Shown: positions 37,846-49,316 of the stretch, in pieces
How the letters are laid out: the number at the start of each line of letters is the position of its first letter
Position numbering within the stretch: the stretch's first letter is position 1
Origin: Hypanus sabinus
Taxonomy: Eukaryota
NCBI RefSeq assembly: GCF_030144855.1
Contig: NC_082727.1
Location: 36,270,001-36,334,000, forward strand
Direction of reading: 5' to 3'
DNA length: 64,000 bases
Made by a program: the position numbers and the translations under genes
Notes under the pieces: model-generated
The model's input: only the letters and a program-made list of their open reading frames with translations
Told to the model about the DNA's origin: nothing
Databases searched by the model: none

Positions 37846-39983
37846 TTTTGTGCAGTACATCAATAGAAACACATTTACTTCATGTTTCATTGGTGATCTT
37901 CTGAAGGCTTTGTGATGAATATTGTGACCATACAGTCTACAGTATTTCCTTCTCCCATCAGTTCTCCAATTTCCACCTGAGTTGAAGTGACATTATTTCA
38001 GGTACATCTGATGCCATGGCTAGATCAGTAGCACTAGCTTGTAAACACAACTGCACGTTTCCAGACCATGGGTCTAATTTAACCTGCTGTTGATTGCAAG
38101 TCCAACAATTATGACACAATTATGTGGAATGTTCTATATTCTAGTTTACACTTGTGATTGTTTACTATAAACATACCGACTTTTACATTATTTGCTCTCA
38201 ATAATTCCATTCCAAGCAATTTTAGTATTGGTTTACCTGCCACACTAATGCCACACTAAAGCTTCATGCAATTTATTTCATGCAATCATGCAATTAATGC
38301 AAAAAGCACAAATAAGAACCAGTCTTCATTTCTTCATGTGAGTTGCAAATTGAAAGCAGTAAATTGACAATTAAAGCACCCTTTGTACCCTCTGTGGAGC
38401 ATAGGCTGCCCGTAGACAAAGTGACATGGTTTCCAAAATGGTGACTGTGAGATATTTGCATATGCGTCAGCCAAAAGTTAAAACAATGGGGTTGTGTTAA
38501 TCGGCCTACAGCAATCCAGGCAGCTATGGGCTCAAACACATGAGAGCTCCACACATTCTAGAAATCCAGGTCAGCACACACAAAGTGCTGGAAGAATTTA
38601 ACAGGTCAGGCAGCCGTGTTTTCAGGTGGAGACCTTCTCTTTTCTCATGGGACACCCCTCCTCCAACTTCAGGACTCACTATGGGTTAAGTAATTTGCCG
38701 CATTGTAAATAGTTTCAAGTAAGGTTGCAATTAGCAAAGATATTTGTACATTCAGAATTTTTTCACTGCAGATATGTAATTCAAAGGAAGCATTGTCAAC
38801 CCAAAATATTGAAGTAACTGATATCATTTTATCTGTTGAAACTGTAATGAAACACCACTGTTACATTTGATTTTAAGGGTATAAAAATGTAATGCATCTT
38901 TGGGTTTGTGAGCCCCTACCGAGATTGACTCCAGAATGATTCCAGCTTGTTGTTCTGAACAAAGACTTTTATATCACCAGCTTCGGTGTTTCTCTGGTCA
39001 CTTTGATCACAGTCACAATTGTGCCCTCTTGTCCGTAACTCCCCTACAATAGGAAACTTTCCCCCTACATCTGATCCATCCAGACCTTTCAGTATTCGAT
39101 AGGTTTCAATGAGATTCCCCTACCTCATCAACTAAACTGCAGAAGGTAGAGGCCCAGGGCCATCAAAAGCTCCACATATGCTAACCTTTTATTCCTTGAG
39201 TGATTCTCATGAACCTCTTTTGGAGACTCTCCAATGTCGGAATATCTTTTCATAGATAAAAGGCAGAATACTGCTCACAGTTCCCCAAGTGTGGTCTGAC
39301 CAATGCTTTATAAAAGCATCAGCATTACATACAGTACTTGCTTTAACATTTTAGTCCCCTTGAAATGAATACTAACATTGCATCTGCCTTCCTCACTACC
39401 ATCTCAACCTGCAAGTTAACCTTTAGGGAATCCTACACAAGGGCTCCCAAGTCCCTTTACTACCCAGATTTTTGAATTTTCTCTCCATTTAGAAAATAGT
39501 ATACATGACCATAACTTCCCTACACTATATTCCATCTGCTACTTCTTCATCCATTCTTCCAATCTGCCTAAGTCCTTCTACAAACTCCCTGCTTCCTTAC
39601 CACAATCTGCCCCACTGCCTATCTCCAGACTGTCTGCAAACATGGCCACAAGGCCATCAATTCTGTCATCAAATCATTGACATATTCTGTGAAAAGAACA
39701 TCACTTGTCATTGGCACCCAACCAGAAAAGGCCTGATTTATTCCCAATCTTTGCCTCTTTCCAGTCAGCCAATATTATGTATATCCATGCTAGAATCTTT
39801 CCTGTAAGACCATGGTTTCTTAACTTTCTAAGCAGCTTCATGTGCAGTACCTTGTCAAAGGATTTCTGAAAAACCAAGTAAACAATATCCACTGATTTTG
39901 TCTATCCTGCCAGTTATTTCTTCAAAGAATTCCAACAGACTTGTCAAGCAAGTTTTCCCCTTAAGGAAACCATGCTGACTTTG

Positions 39984-40740
39984 CAAACAAGAGGAAATCT
40001 GCAGATGCTGGAAATTCAAACAACACTTAAAACGCTGGTGGAACCCAGCAGGCCAGGCAGCATCTAAAGGGAGAAGCACTGTCGACGTTTCGGGCCGAGA
40101 CTCTTCGCCAGGACTAACTGAAAGGAAAGATAGTAAGAGATTTGAAAGTAGGAAGGGGAAGGGGAAATGCAAAATGATAGGAGAAGGCCAGAGTGGATGG
40201 GGTGAAGCTAAGAGCTAGAAAGGTGATTGGCAAAAGGGATACAGAGCTGGAGAGGGAAAGGATCCTGGGGCCGGAGGCCTAGAGAGAAAGAAAGGGGGAG
40301 GGGAGCACCAGAGGGAGATGGAGAACAGGCAGAGTGATGGGCAGAGAGAGGGAAAAGAAGAGTGGGGGGAAAGAAAACTAAATACATCAGGGTTGGGGTA
40401 AGAAGGGGAGAAGCATTAATGGAAGTTAGAGAAGTCAATGTTCATGCCATTAGGTTGGAGGCTACCCAGCCAGTATATGGTGTTGTTCCTCCAACCTGAG
40501 TGTGGCTTCATTTTGACAATGGAGGAGGCCATGGATAGACATATCAGAATGGGAATGGGATGTGGAATTAAGATGTGTGGCCACTGGGAGATCCTGCTTT
40601 CTCTGGCAGACAGAGCGTAGGTGTTCAGCAAAATGGTCTCCCAGTTAGTACTGACGAAGGGTCTCAGTCTGAAACGTCAACAGTGCTTCTTCCTATTGAT
40701 GCTGTCTGGCCTGCTGCGTTCCACCAGCATTTTGTGCATT
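39984..40740 (-). mobile_element. Penelope-like insertion with 14-bp target-site duplication
   Basis: CCATGCTGACTTTG at 39970-39983 and 40741-40754. ORF 40416-40631 (WLGSLQPNGMNIDFSNF). Inverted terminal segment (gacgaagggtctc...tgctgcgttccaccagcattttgtg). Absent from copy 1 (~11820). Confidence 0.85.
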
Positions 40741-41149
40741 CCATGCTGACTTTGACCTATTTTGTCCCGTGCTTCCAAGTACACTGAAACATCATCAATA
40801 ATAGTGAGGTCAGGCTATCTGGCCTATAATTTCTTTTCTTCTGCCTCCCTTCATTCTTAAAGAGTGGAATGATGTTTTCAATTTTACAGTCCTCCAGAAC
40901 TATTCCAGAATCTAGTGATTCTTGAAAGATCAGAACTAAGGCCTACACTATTGCTTCGTCTAGTTCTCTAAGAGCCCTGGCGCGTAGTCCACCTTGTCCG
41001 GGTGACTATCTATCTCCAGACCTTCCAGCTTCCCAAGAACCCTCACCTTAGAAATAGCAAATAGACTCACTTCTGCCCCCTGACACTTTGAACATGGAAA
41101 CTTCTTCATGACACAAATAACTTCCAGGGAGAAAACATTTGACTTCTTC

Positions 41150-41161
41150 AGCTTTGCTTTC
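41150..41161 (+). promoter_or_regulatory. ISRE-like element of duplicated IFIT promoter
   Basis: AGCTTTGCTTTC, identical to 12251-12262. Confidence 0.5.
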
Positions 41162-41296
41162 GTGATCCACAATGAGACAAATATTTTGGTAGTTTTTAGC
41201 TCCACCTAGAAACTAAATAAGCAACTAGAACAACACCTTGCAGAGTTACTCAGCTAACCAGCCACCTGAGGTGCAGCTGGAATTCTGCACAGCATC

Positions 41297-41301
41297 ATGA
41301 G
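41297..41301 (+). CDS. IFIT exon 1 (ATG AG|GTGAGT), most likely splicing to copy B2 exon 2 at 43910
   Basis: Identical to the exon 1 at 12398. Phase-compatible with the acceptor at 43909/43910, giving M-S-N-T-P-G. Confidence 0.75.
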
Positions 41302-43909
41302 GTGAGTCACATCTTCACTTTACAGAACGTTTACAAATTCTAGGATATTTGACAGTGACATTCGCATGGATATTTGGATCTGGTAGATTTAATGTGACCT
41401 GTTTCTGGACATGGAGGCCAGAAAAGGTGCTGGTGGTCATTCAGCATAAGGATTTTGGATCTGATCCCAGGTTTGTGATCTGGGAACTTTAGCTTGATCC
41501 TGGGATCAGTGACCACTGGAGAGGGATGAGCCCACAGTATGTGAGCACTCAGTTTGATATCCCAGGATGTGAGAATATTTGAAACAAGGTCTGTGGTGCT
41601 AAGTCACTTAAGGATAGGGAGCTGATTGGGAGTGTGGAAAGCGAAAATTACGTGAAGGAGCATATCCTCCGAATAGATGACATGATTTTTAAGTTCCGCA
41701 GTGGGGACTGACGTTTCCCAGTCGGATGCATTCAGGGAAATGCAGGAACGGTGACTGAGAGACTAAAGTTTACAGCTGTCACTGAGAGGTATAGTGAGCT
41801 GAGCAGATGGGGATTAAATGCGGAAAAGGATCATTGGTAAAAAGGTGAGTGGGAAAAACTGAGTAAACCGGAGTGTGCTTTCAAAAATATGGATACTGGT
41901 GAAAGAGCAGAGAAATCCAGGGAAATTATGACACACAGCAGACAAATAGCTGACGTGACAAACAGAAACATAGCCTTAACCTCAAGGGATGTTGGAATCT
42001 ATATTTGCTGTGCTACTTCTGTTTAAATCTCTCAATAATTTACTATGGTTGAATTCTCGGGTTTATTCTGGGCACGATATTTTAAACATCAGACTCTGAG
42101 CTTGGAGACTCTTTCGAATGAGGCTGGTCCTGAAAGCACTAATTCTGAAGACAGGTTATGTAGAAAGGCTGATACTTACCTAGATGTTGGCGATTACAAT
42201 AAAAGATTTGATAAAGTCCACAGAGAAATCACTCTGTCTGACCTGCTGAGTTTCTCTAGCACTTTGTGTGTGTTATTCTGCAGAATGTCATGTATCATGA
42301 AAGCACATTCTTTATCTGAACACTTCCTGTCAAAACAACTGGCACTCACGGGACAGCAATTTAGTTGTTGGAGGTAATACACACAGAATGCTGGAGGATC
42401 TCTGCAGATGAAGAGATGAAACAGTTGACGGCAATAAACCTTCATCAGGAGTCCTGACGTAAACAGGAAGGGAGCCATTTCAGGAAGGGATGCTGGAAAT
42501 CAAAGGAATGTGCACAAAATACTGGAGGAACTCAGCAGGTCAGGCAGCATCTATGGAAAAGAGTAAACAGTCGATGTTTCAGACTGAGGCTATGAAGACA
42601 GGCCCTGCTGCTATGCTCCCTGATCGCTAATGTGCTAAACTGATAAGTGAGGCTTTGGGCCTACTCCAGGCTGGTCCAGGGTTCGGATCTAAGGACTCAT
42701 TTTGGTTTGGAATGTTGTCATTAGCTTGAATTATTGCACAATTTGTGTTTTTTTATTCCCTTGTACATCGGGTGTTTCTCTTTATTGTTTTTCTTTAATT
42801 GGGCTCTTTTTGGTTTGTTATTTTGTGGGTACTTGAAATTACAAGGCAGAGAAAAATAGGGACAGTGCTTGTGAAAATGATCAGTGTGGACGTGTACTTC
42901 ATGTTGGTGCCGGAAACATGGTGACACACTTGTCGGCTGCCCTGCATAATTCTTTCTGATCTGATTTGATGCCAAACAATACAATTCAATGTATGTTTTG
43001 ATGTATATGTGACAAGGACAGCCAATCTTTAATCTTCAATCTTTAAACATAGGAGTTGACTCAACTCTGCCATACACTACAGAGGCGTAGATTTGAGCAT
43101 GTTGGAGCCTACGGGGTGCATTCAGTACTGAGGTAATACACCAGAGGAACATGCTACTCTAAACTGTCATAATTTCCAGCCCCTAGCGGCGTTCAGGACA
43201 GAATGGAGGAGATGCATCCATGGTGCGGCAAATTCATCTCCTTTGGGAGGAAGCAGGAAGCAGAGTTGATCTCAGAGTAGGGTTAAAGGTCGGCACAACA
43301 TGTTCTATGTTCGATGCTGGTCTATGTTCTTTCAGAAATGTGCAGCATGACCGGGGACGTTGCTCATGCAATTGTTCTGTGAACTGGTCTGGTAACTCGT
43401 AAATTGCCAGACTTCAGTGGGCTTCACAAAACAGCTTTATCTCACTAATGTTATTGAAGTTCTCAATCTTCTGGACATTGAGTCTGAGTACTGGTGGCTG
43501 TCTGGGGAAAAGCACCACTTCTCTGTACCGAGATCTGGAGCTACACTCAGGCTGCTGGTAAAAAACGAAAGTCTGCAATAGTGGGAGAGCTCGATGTCCG
43601 GTAATAAAACCAAGTCCAGCATCAGTGTAACAAAGCAACAGATCAGCTGCCTTGGCTGTTCAGGAGACTCATTTCCATCTTCATTACATGAATATTGGGT
43701 TACTGATCTGAAACATTAATAGATTCTTCTTCCTCAGAACCAGACTGAAGGCCGAGCATTTCCAGGTTTTAAATGCCATAATTATAGAAAAATTCATTAA
43801 AAGGCAGCTTTCATACAGTTAGTAACTCTGCTATTCACGGGATTGCAGGTCAGACCTGCATCAAGTGATCTGAGATGGAATTCATGATTCCGTTTTTTCT
43901 CTCTTGCAG

Positions 43910-45344
43910 CAACACACCGGGAGATTTATTGAAAGAGAAGCTCGATCAGCTGCAGTGTCACTTCACATGGAGGCCACAGAAGGAAACTATTGACGTGGAA
44001 GATGTGATATTCAGATTGCATGATTCTATCGATATGAATTTGAAGTATAAAGCGCAATCCTACAACCAACTCGCTTTTTTAAATTGTCTGCAAGGCAATT
44101 GTGAAGAAGCAATTCAAAATTTAAAGGAAGGTGAAAAGATTCTGAGGGAGAACCACAAAGATGAATTTGAAAGAAGAAGCATTATCACATATGGAAACTT
44201 TGCCTGGGTGCATTACCACATGGGACAGCTGACCGAGGCCCAGTCCTATCTCGACAAGCTGGAGATGATCTGTAAACCGCTCAGTGATGGCCCTCGCTAT
44301 ACAGCAATGATACCCGAGGTGTACGGGGAGAAGGGATGGTCACTGTTGAATTCTGCTGCTGAATACTATGAGGAGGCAAAGGAATGCTTTGCAAAGGCTC
44401 TGGAGCAAGATCCTGACAACACTGAGTGGATAATGGGATATGCAACCGCACTTTCTCGTCTGGAATCAATATCTGGAACCCCAGAGAGTCGGGATCAGAG
44501 TCGGTCAGTGAAGTATTTCCGACGAGTACTGGAACTTGATCCAGATGATGCTGTGGCCATGGTGCTGTTGGCTCTAAAACTACAGAGGTTAAGGCAAAAT
44601 GAGAAAGCAAATGAATTAGTTGAACAAGCATTGCAGAAGACCCCAGATCTGTCATATGTGCTTCGTTATGCTGCAAAATTTTATAGAAAAAAGGGATCTG
44701 TGGAGAAAGCAATCGAGCTCTTGAAACAAGCATTAGGATTAACTCCACACTCTTGTTTCTTACACCACCAACTTGGATTGTGCTACAGAAGTAAGCTGAA
44801 CTACACTCGTTGCAAATATCCTCGCAATCCTGTATTTCATCAGAAAGCTGAGTTGATCAATCTATGCAAGTATCATTTTGAAAAAGCTTTTGATCACCGT
44901 CGAAGGTCATTTATTAAAGCACAACTGGACTTTGCAGACATCTGCATAACTAGTGGGGAATATTCCAGAGCAGAGGAGACTTACCGTAGATTGGTGGAGT
45001 TAGTGGACATTCGTCCAGAGAATATGCAGAGCATTTGTCTGGAAGCTGGGTTATTTGAACTGCACCAGAAAAGATCTGAAACAAATGCTGTTTGCCTCTT
45101 CCTGAAAGGAGTGAAAATTGATTATAACTCAATAGAACGGCAAACATGTCGAACGAATTTGGAAGAGTGGGTAGAGAGGAAGCTTCTTGTAAATGCACAT
45201 GACAGCAAGGCTCTTGGTGTCAAAGCATTTCTGTATCAACTGGATGGGATCAAGGGTAGAGCAATTAAATACTTTGAGAAAGCCCTGAAGTTTGATCCTG
45301 GCAATGAGGAATACGTGAGTGCTCTTTTTCAGTTACGTATCTGA
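43910..45344 (+). CDS. IFIT5-like: IFIT copy B2 exon 2; intact interferon-induced protein with tetratricopeptide repeats (IFIT5-like), ~479 aa with exon 1
   Basis: ORF 43875-45344 (489 aa). Acceptor ttttttctctcttgcag|C. Motifs CHFTW, TYGNFAWVHYHMG, EKGW, YVLRYAAKFYRKK, LHHQLGLCY, and an IFIT5-like end DPGNEEYVSALFQLRI. Confidence 0.95.
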
Positions 45345-46559
45345 GCACCACTGGGATGTTTAAAAGTTGCATTTCCATCTGATTTGAGGATAGGTTTTGT
45401 GGGGTGTTGCTGTACTAGTTATATCTCTTAGCACCTTCTCCTACTCATTAGTGTCTAATTTGTAAAAATGGTCTTGCTGTAACTATACCCAATTATTGTA
45501 TTTCTTTAAGAAATGTTAATTCCTCAAGTACCCTTTTCAAGTTTCGCTTCTCTGGACTCTGGAAAAATGTGACTGGGAATAATGCAGCAAGTGGAGTTAA
45601 GTGAGAAATCAAACATTTTTCCCCATTGGTTTGTTTGACCTATCAACCATTGAATGTACAGTATTTTACTTTTCATGTATATTTTGATGTTTAACTCTGG
45701 AATGAATTTTGTGTGCGATCGTATATTAAGGATCATTGTAAAATATCCTCTCTAGATATGTCAGGTAATTAAAACCTCAAACCAGAGGTTGGTCTTGTCC
45801 TGACTCAATCGAAAGGGCGAGAGCAACAAATCCTTAACTGCATGATTCCAACCTGCTCAGAGCGGTGGAGGAATGGTTTGGAAGAGGGAATGTTTGGCGA
45901 GTGGCATTGGAATGGTTTTGGGAATAATTCATGGGGTTTCAAAAAGATAATACGTAACAAAAAAGGATGAAAGTTTTCATTCATTATAGATAACAACCCA
46001 GGAAAATATATCTGCAAAACTCCAAACAAGAATGTGTGTGCCAATGGACTCAAAACAGAACAAGAAGATGGAAGGGTATCGTGCAAGGATCATTCCTTTG
46101 ACCTGAACAACGGTGTTGGTATAGTGATAGCCAAAAGACATTCCTGTGATGTGCATGGGCTTCGCTGCTGATAAGAAAATAACCCTATAATTAAACAATG
46201 GAAATCAGATACGGTTTTTTGTTAATTGTCCCACAAAATTTTCAGGGTTGGGGAAGAATGAGAAGAGAGATGCAGAAAGGAGAAAAGAGAGCATATGATC
46301 ACCAGCTCGGGATCAATCATTTGAAATTTCAAAGAGAGAAGGTGTCGTTGCCAATTAACTGGACACTTGTTCCTCAGTCACTACGGTAGCATAGTGGTTA
46401 GCACAGCTGGGGCATCAGAGTTCAGAGTTCCATTCCATTGCTGTCTGTTCCTCCAAGTGAATGCGCGAGTTTCCTCATTTTACTTGTGCACAAGGAGAAA
46501 AGTGTGTCTCCTGTCACCACACTGTTCTAAAATCTGAACAGAGGAATGTCATTTTTATA

Positions 46560-47100
46560 CAGAATTGACTAGCAGGTACAGATGTTGCCCATATCCAGTG
46601 GCAAAACATTTTAATTCTGATTGCCATTCCCATTGTGACATCTCAGTCCATGTTCTCTTCTTGAGGCCACACTCAGGATGGAGGAGCAACATCTTACATT
46701 CTGTCTGTGCAGCCTCCAAACTGATGGCATGAACATCAGTATTTCCCTCCAGGGAGAAAAAATTCCCTTCCCCTTCCATTTTCTTCCATTCCCCACTCTT
46801 CTCACCTGCCTATCACTTCTGCCTGAGTCCCTTCCTCCTCCCCTTTCTCCTATGGTTCACTCTCCAATCCGATTGGGTTGCTTACTCTCCTGCCCTTTAC
46901 CTTTCCTACATTTCTGGATTCATGTTCACTCATCACCTTCTCAATGTTCCCCTTTTCCTCACTTCTTTTTTAAACTAATGCCTTCCCCTTTCCTTTCCAG
47001 TCATGAAGAAGGGTCTCAGTCAGAAACGTTGACTGTTTATGCATTTCCATGGATGCTGCCTGACCTGCGGAGTTCCTGCAGCATTTTATGTGTGTTGATT
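46560..47100 (+). mobile_element. Penelope-like 3' fragment; shorter paralog at 29200-29470
   Basis: ORF 46678-47106 (EEQHLTFCLCSLQTDGMNI) followed by the terminal repeat gaagaagggtctcagtcagaaacgttgac...cagcattttatgtgtgtt. Confidence 0.75.
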
Positions 47101-48601
47101 TCTTGAAGCTGTGTATGTTTGAATTTCTTCCTTGCAAAATCAATAACCATTCATAGTACAGGTGTTTAAAGTCCATAGAAAATACCATCTAACAATTGAT
47201 AATACTTTGAATTTACTAACACAATTATTCCTTAGTTGCTGTGTACTCCTTGAATACTTCTGTTAAATTCTTACCTCATCTCTGCCAGCCAAAATGGATC
47301 CAGTTCTCAGCAGCGAAAAAGGAAGCTACATTATCAGTTACCTTTCTTGCCTAAGCTGTCTGCACCTATCTACAATCTATCTGTGCCTGGACATGTTGTT
47401 GATCCTTGCCTTGCCTCAACTTCCACAAAGGGGCAGGCTGTTGTAGCTTTACAAGCAACACAAGGACTGATCGGAAATTACTTTGTGCTTTCGGAAAAAA
47501 GTACTTTGTGGATTGAAAAGTGCTCAGCCGTACTTTTCATTTTCAATATAATGCACACCATGCTCTGCATGTCACCACTTAGAAATGTTATGTTTCATAT
47601 TTCATGTTTCTGTTTAGCTCCTTATGAAGAAGGCCATTCACCCCATTGAATTAACGCTGACACCAAACTCTCCATTCAGAGTTTATTCCCCTCTGACCCT
47701 TCTTCGTAACATGTTCATTCATCTCTCTTTGATTCTACTTCCAAAAGGTATGCTGGAGACAATTTACAACAAACAAATAAACGATCAGTTGAAGGAAACT
47801 GGAGCACACAACCACACTGCTGCAATGCCAGCCCTTAACACTCCTTGCAGGTAGGTAGGAGCTATGGGGATGTGGTAGATTGACACAGACCCAAGGGGAA
47901 CAGGCTCGGTCAATGAGCTGAAGTGGTCGACTTGTCTGAAGAACCTGCCAACATCATGCCTACAGGACTAAAGTTGGCAAGGGTTATTTATTTTGTCTAT
48001 AAGAGACTCGGGTGCAGAGCCTCATATCATTGGACCAAACCAATTTTTTAAAGAGACATGGCCAGCAATTGAAGGCACACGGTGTAATTGTGAGTCTCTC
48101 AATCTATAACACACCAGTCACTGCTGGTCTTCAGAAATCTTCAGAATCCCTCATCGTAGAAGGCTGGAAACTTTGTGGGACAGTGTAATTTCCAAATCCT
48201 GGTGCCATCTCAGGGAAAATAAAAAGAAAGAAGTACAAAGTGAGTAAAATTATGCTGAAAAGAATAATGGATAACTGCCTAAAATTTGAGTAACACACAG
48301 AAAATTTTGGAGGAACACATCAGCAATGGAAAAAAGTACAGTGGAAGTTCCAGGCCAAGTCCCTTCCACAGCACTGGATAAAAAAATGAAGAAAAGGTTT
48401 AAAATGTGGGGGATGGACGAGAGAAACATATGGTGAGAGGTGAAACCGAAATGGGAAGGGATGATGTAAAGAACTGGGAAGTTGATTGGTGAAAGAGATA
48501 CACGGCTGGAGATAGGGGAATCTGATATGTGCGGATAGAAGGCCACAGAAGAGTGTAAAGGGGTGAGGAGTATCAGAGGGAGGTGATGTGCAGGCAAGGA
48601 G

Positions 48602-49316
48602 TGTAGTGTTCTCGTGCAGGATGTAGAAACTCTGAACTAACACCAAGTTAAACCAAAGTCTATGAAGACAGGATCACAGTAAGATTAACCGTATACTGTT
48701 CACTCTTCCACATTAACATATGGTGAAAGCTGTTGATAAAACAATACAAAATATATGCAGTATTTGTTTCCTTCTTGGCATCACATTTACATCATGAATA
48801 CTTGTAAAAGTAAAATTACAACAAACATATTACATTAAAGTCTCATTAAAGTACAACATACATTCAGAATCTACCTACACCATCAACAACTTTAAATACA
48901 CTTCAACACAAACCTTCCAGCAACGTTTTCAATAGTACAAGAAAATAAACTTTATCAACCGTCATTACTTTTAACAGAATCAGCATTAACATTTTTACTT
49001 CAACATATTTATTGTCATATGAATTTACGGCATTGCTTCTATATGTTTCTTAGTGCATAGAAATGAAACTTTTCTCGCGCTGATCCTGCACACACAAGCC
49101 CTAGCCTTCTCGTTTCTCCGAACCGGTATTTACTCACAAGACGCAGTGAAATCTGGTGTGACATCATCACGTGCCGCGATACATTACAGATAATGAATTT
49201 ACCTTCAGCAACTGCAACATAGTTATCAACCTTAACTTTAACCAGAAAATAATTATAATTGAATTATTCAAAGTGAGAATGTAATAAAGCTAAATAAGTG
49301 CCTTAAGGGCAACACA
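48602..49316 (-). mobile_element. Solo LTR (same family as 26175-26856) inserted in a Penelope fragment
   Basis: TG...CA ends. TSD AGGAG at 48597-48601 and 49317-49321. Confidence 0.88.

Larger units (their letters stand above)
38325..42240 (+). repeat. Segmental duplication block X, copy 2
   Basis: Collinear with 10290-13320, plus a Penelope insertion at 39984-40740. Confidence 0.9.

Noticed and set aside
43875-43909. ORF-finder N-terminus MEFMIPFFLSCS as the default start of B2
   Set aside because: It overlaps the polypyrimidine tract and AG acceptor, and the standard IFIT two-exon model fits better. Kept only as an alternative-isoform hypothesis.
44281-44748. 155-aa antisense ORF present in both B2 and B1 (25168-25635)
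   Set aside because: A shadow frame of the IFIT coding strand. Its recurrence is explained by the duplication, and it has no recognisable domain.
45312-45326. C-terminal YVSAL as the IFIT1/IFIT3 YxxxL dimerisation motif
   Set aside because: By alignment the human motif corresponds to the preceding helix (here FEKAL). YVSAL aligns with the IFIT5 terminal helix.
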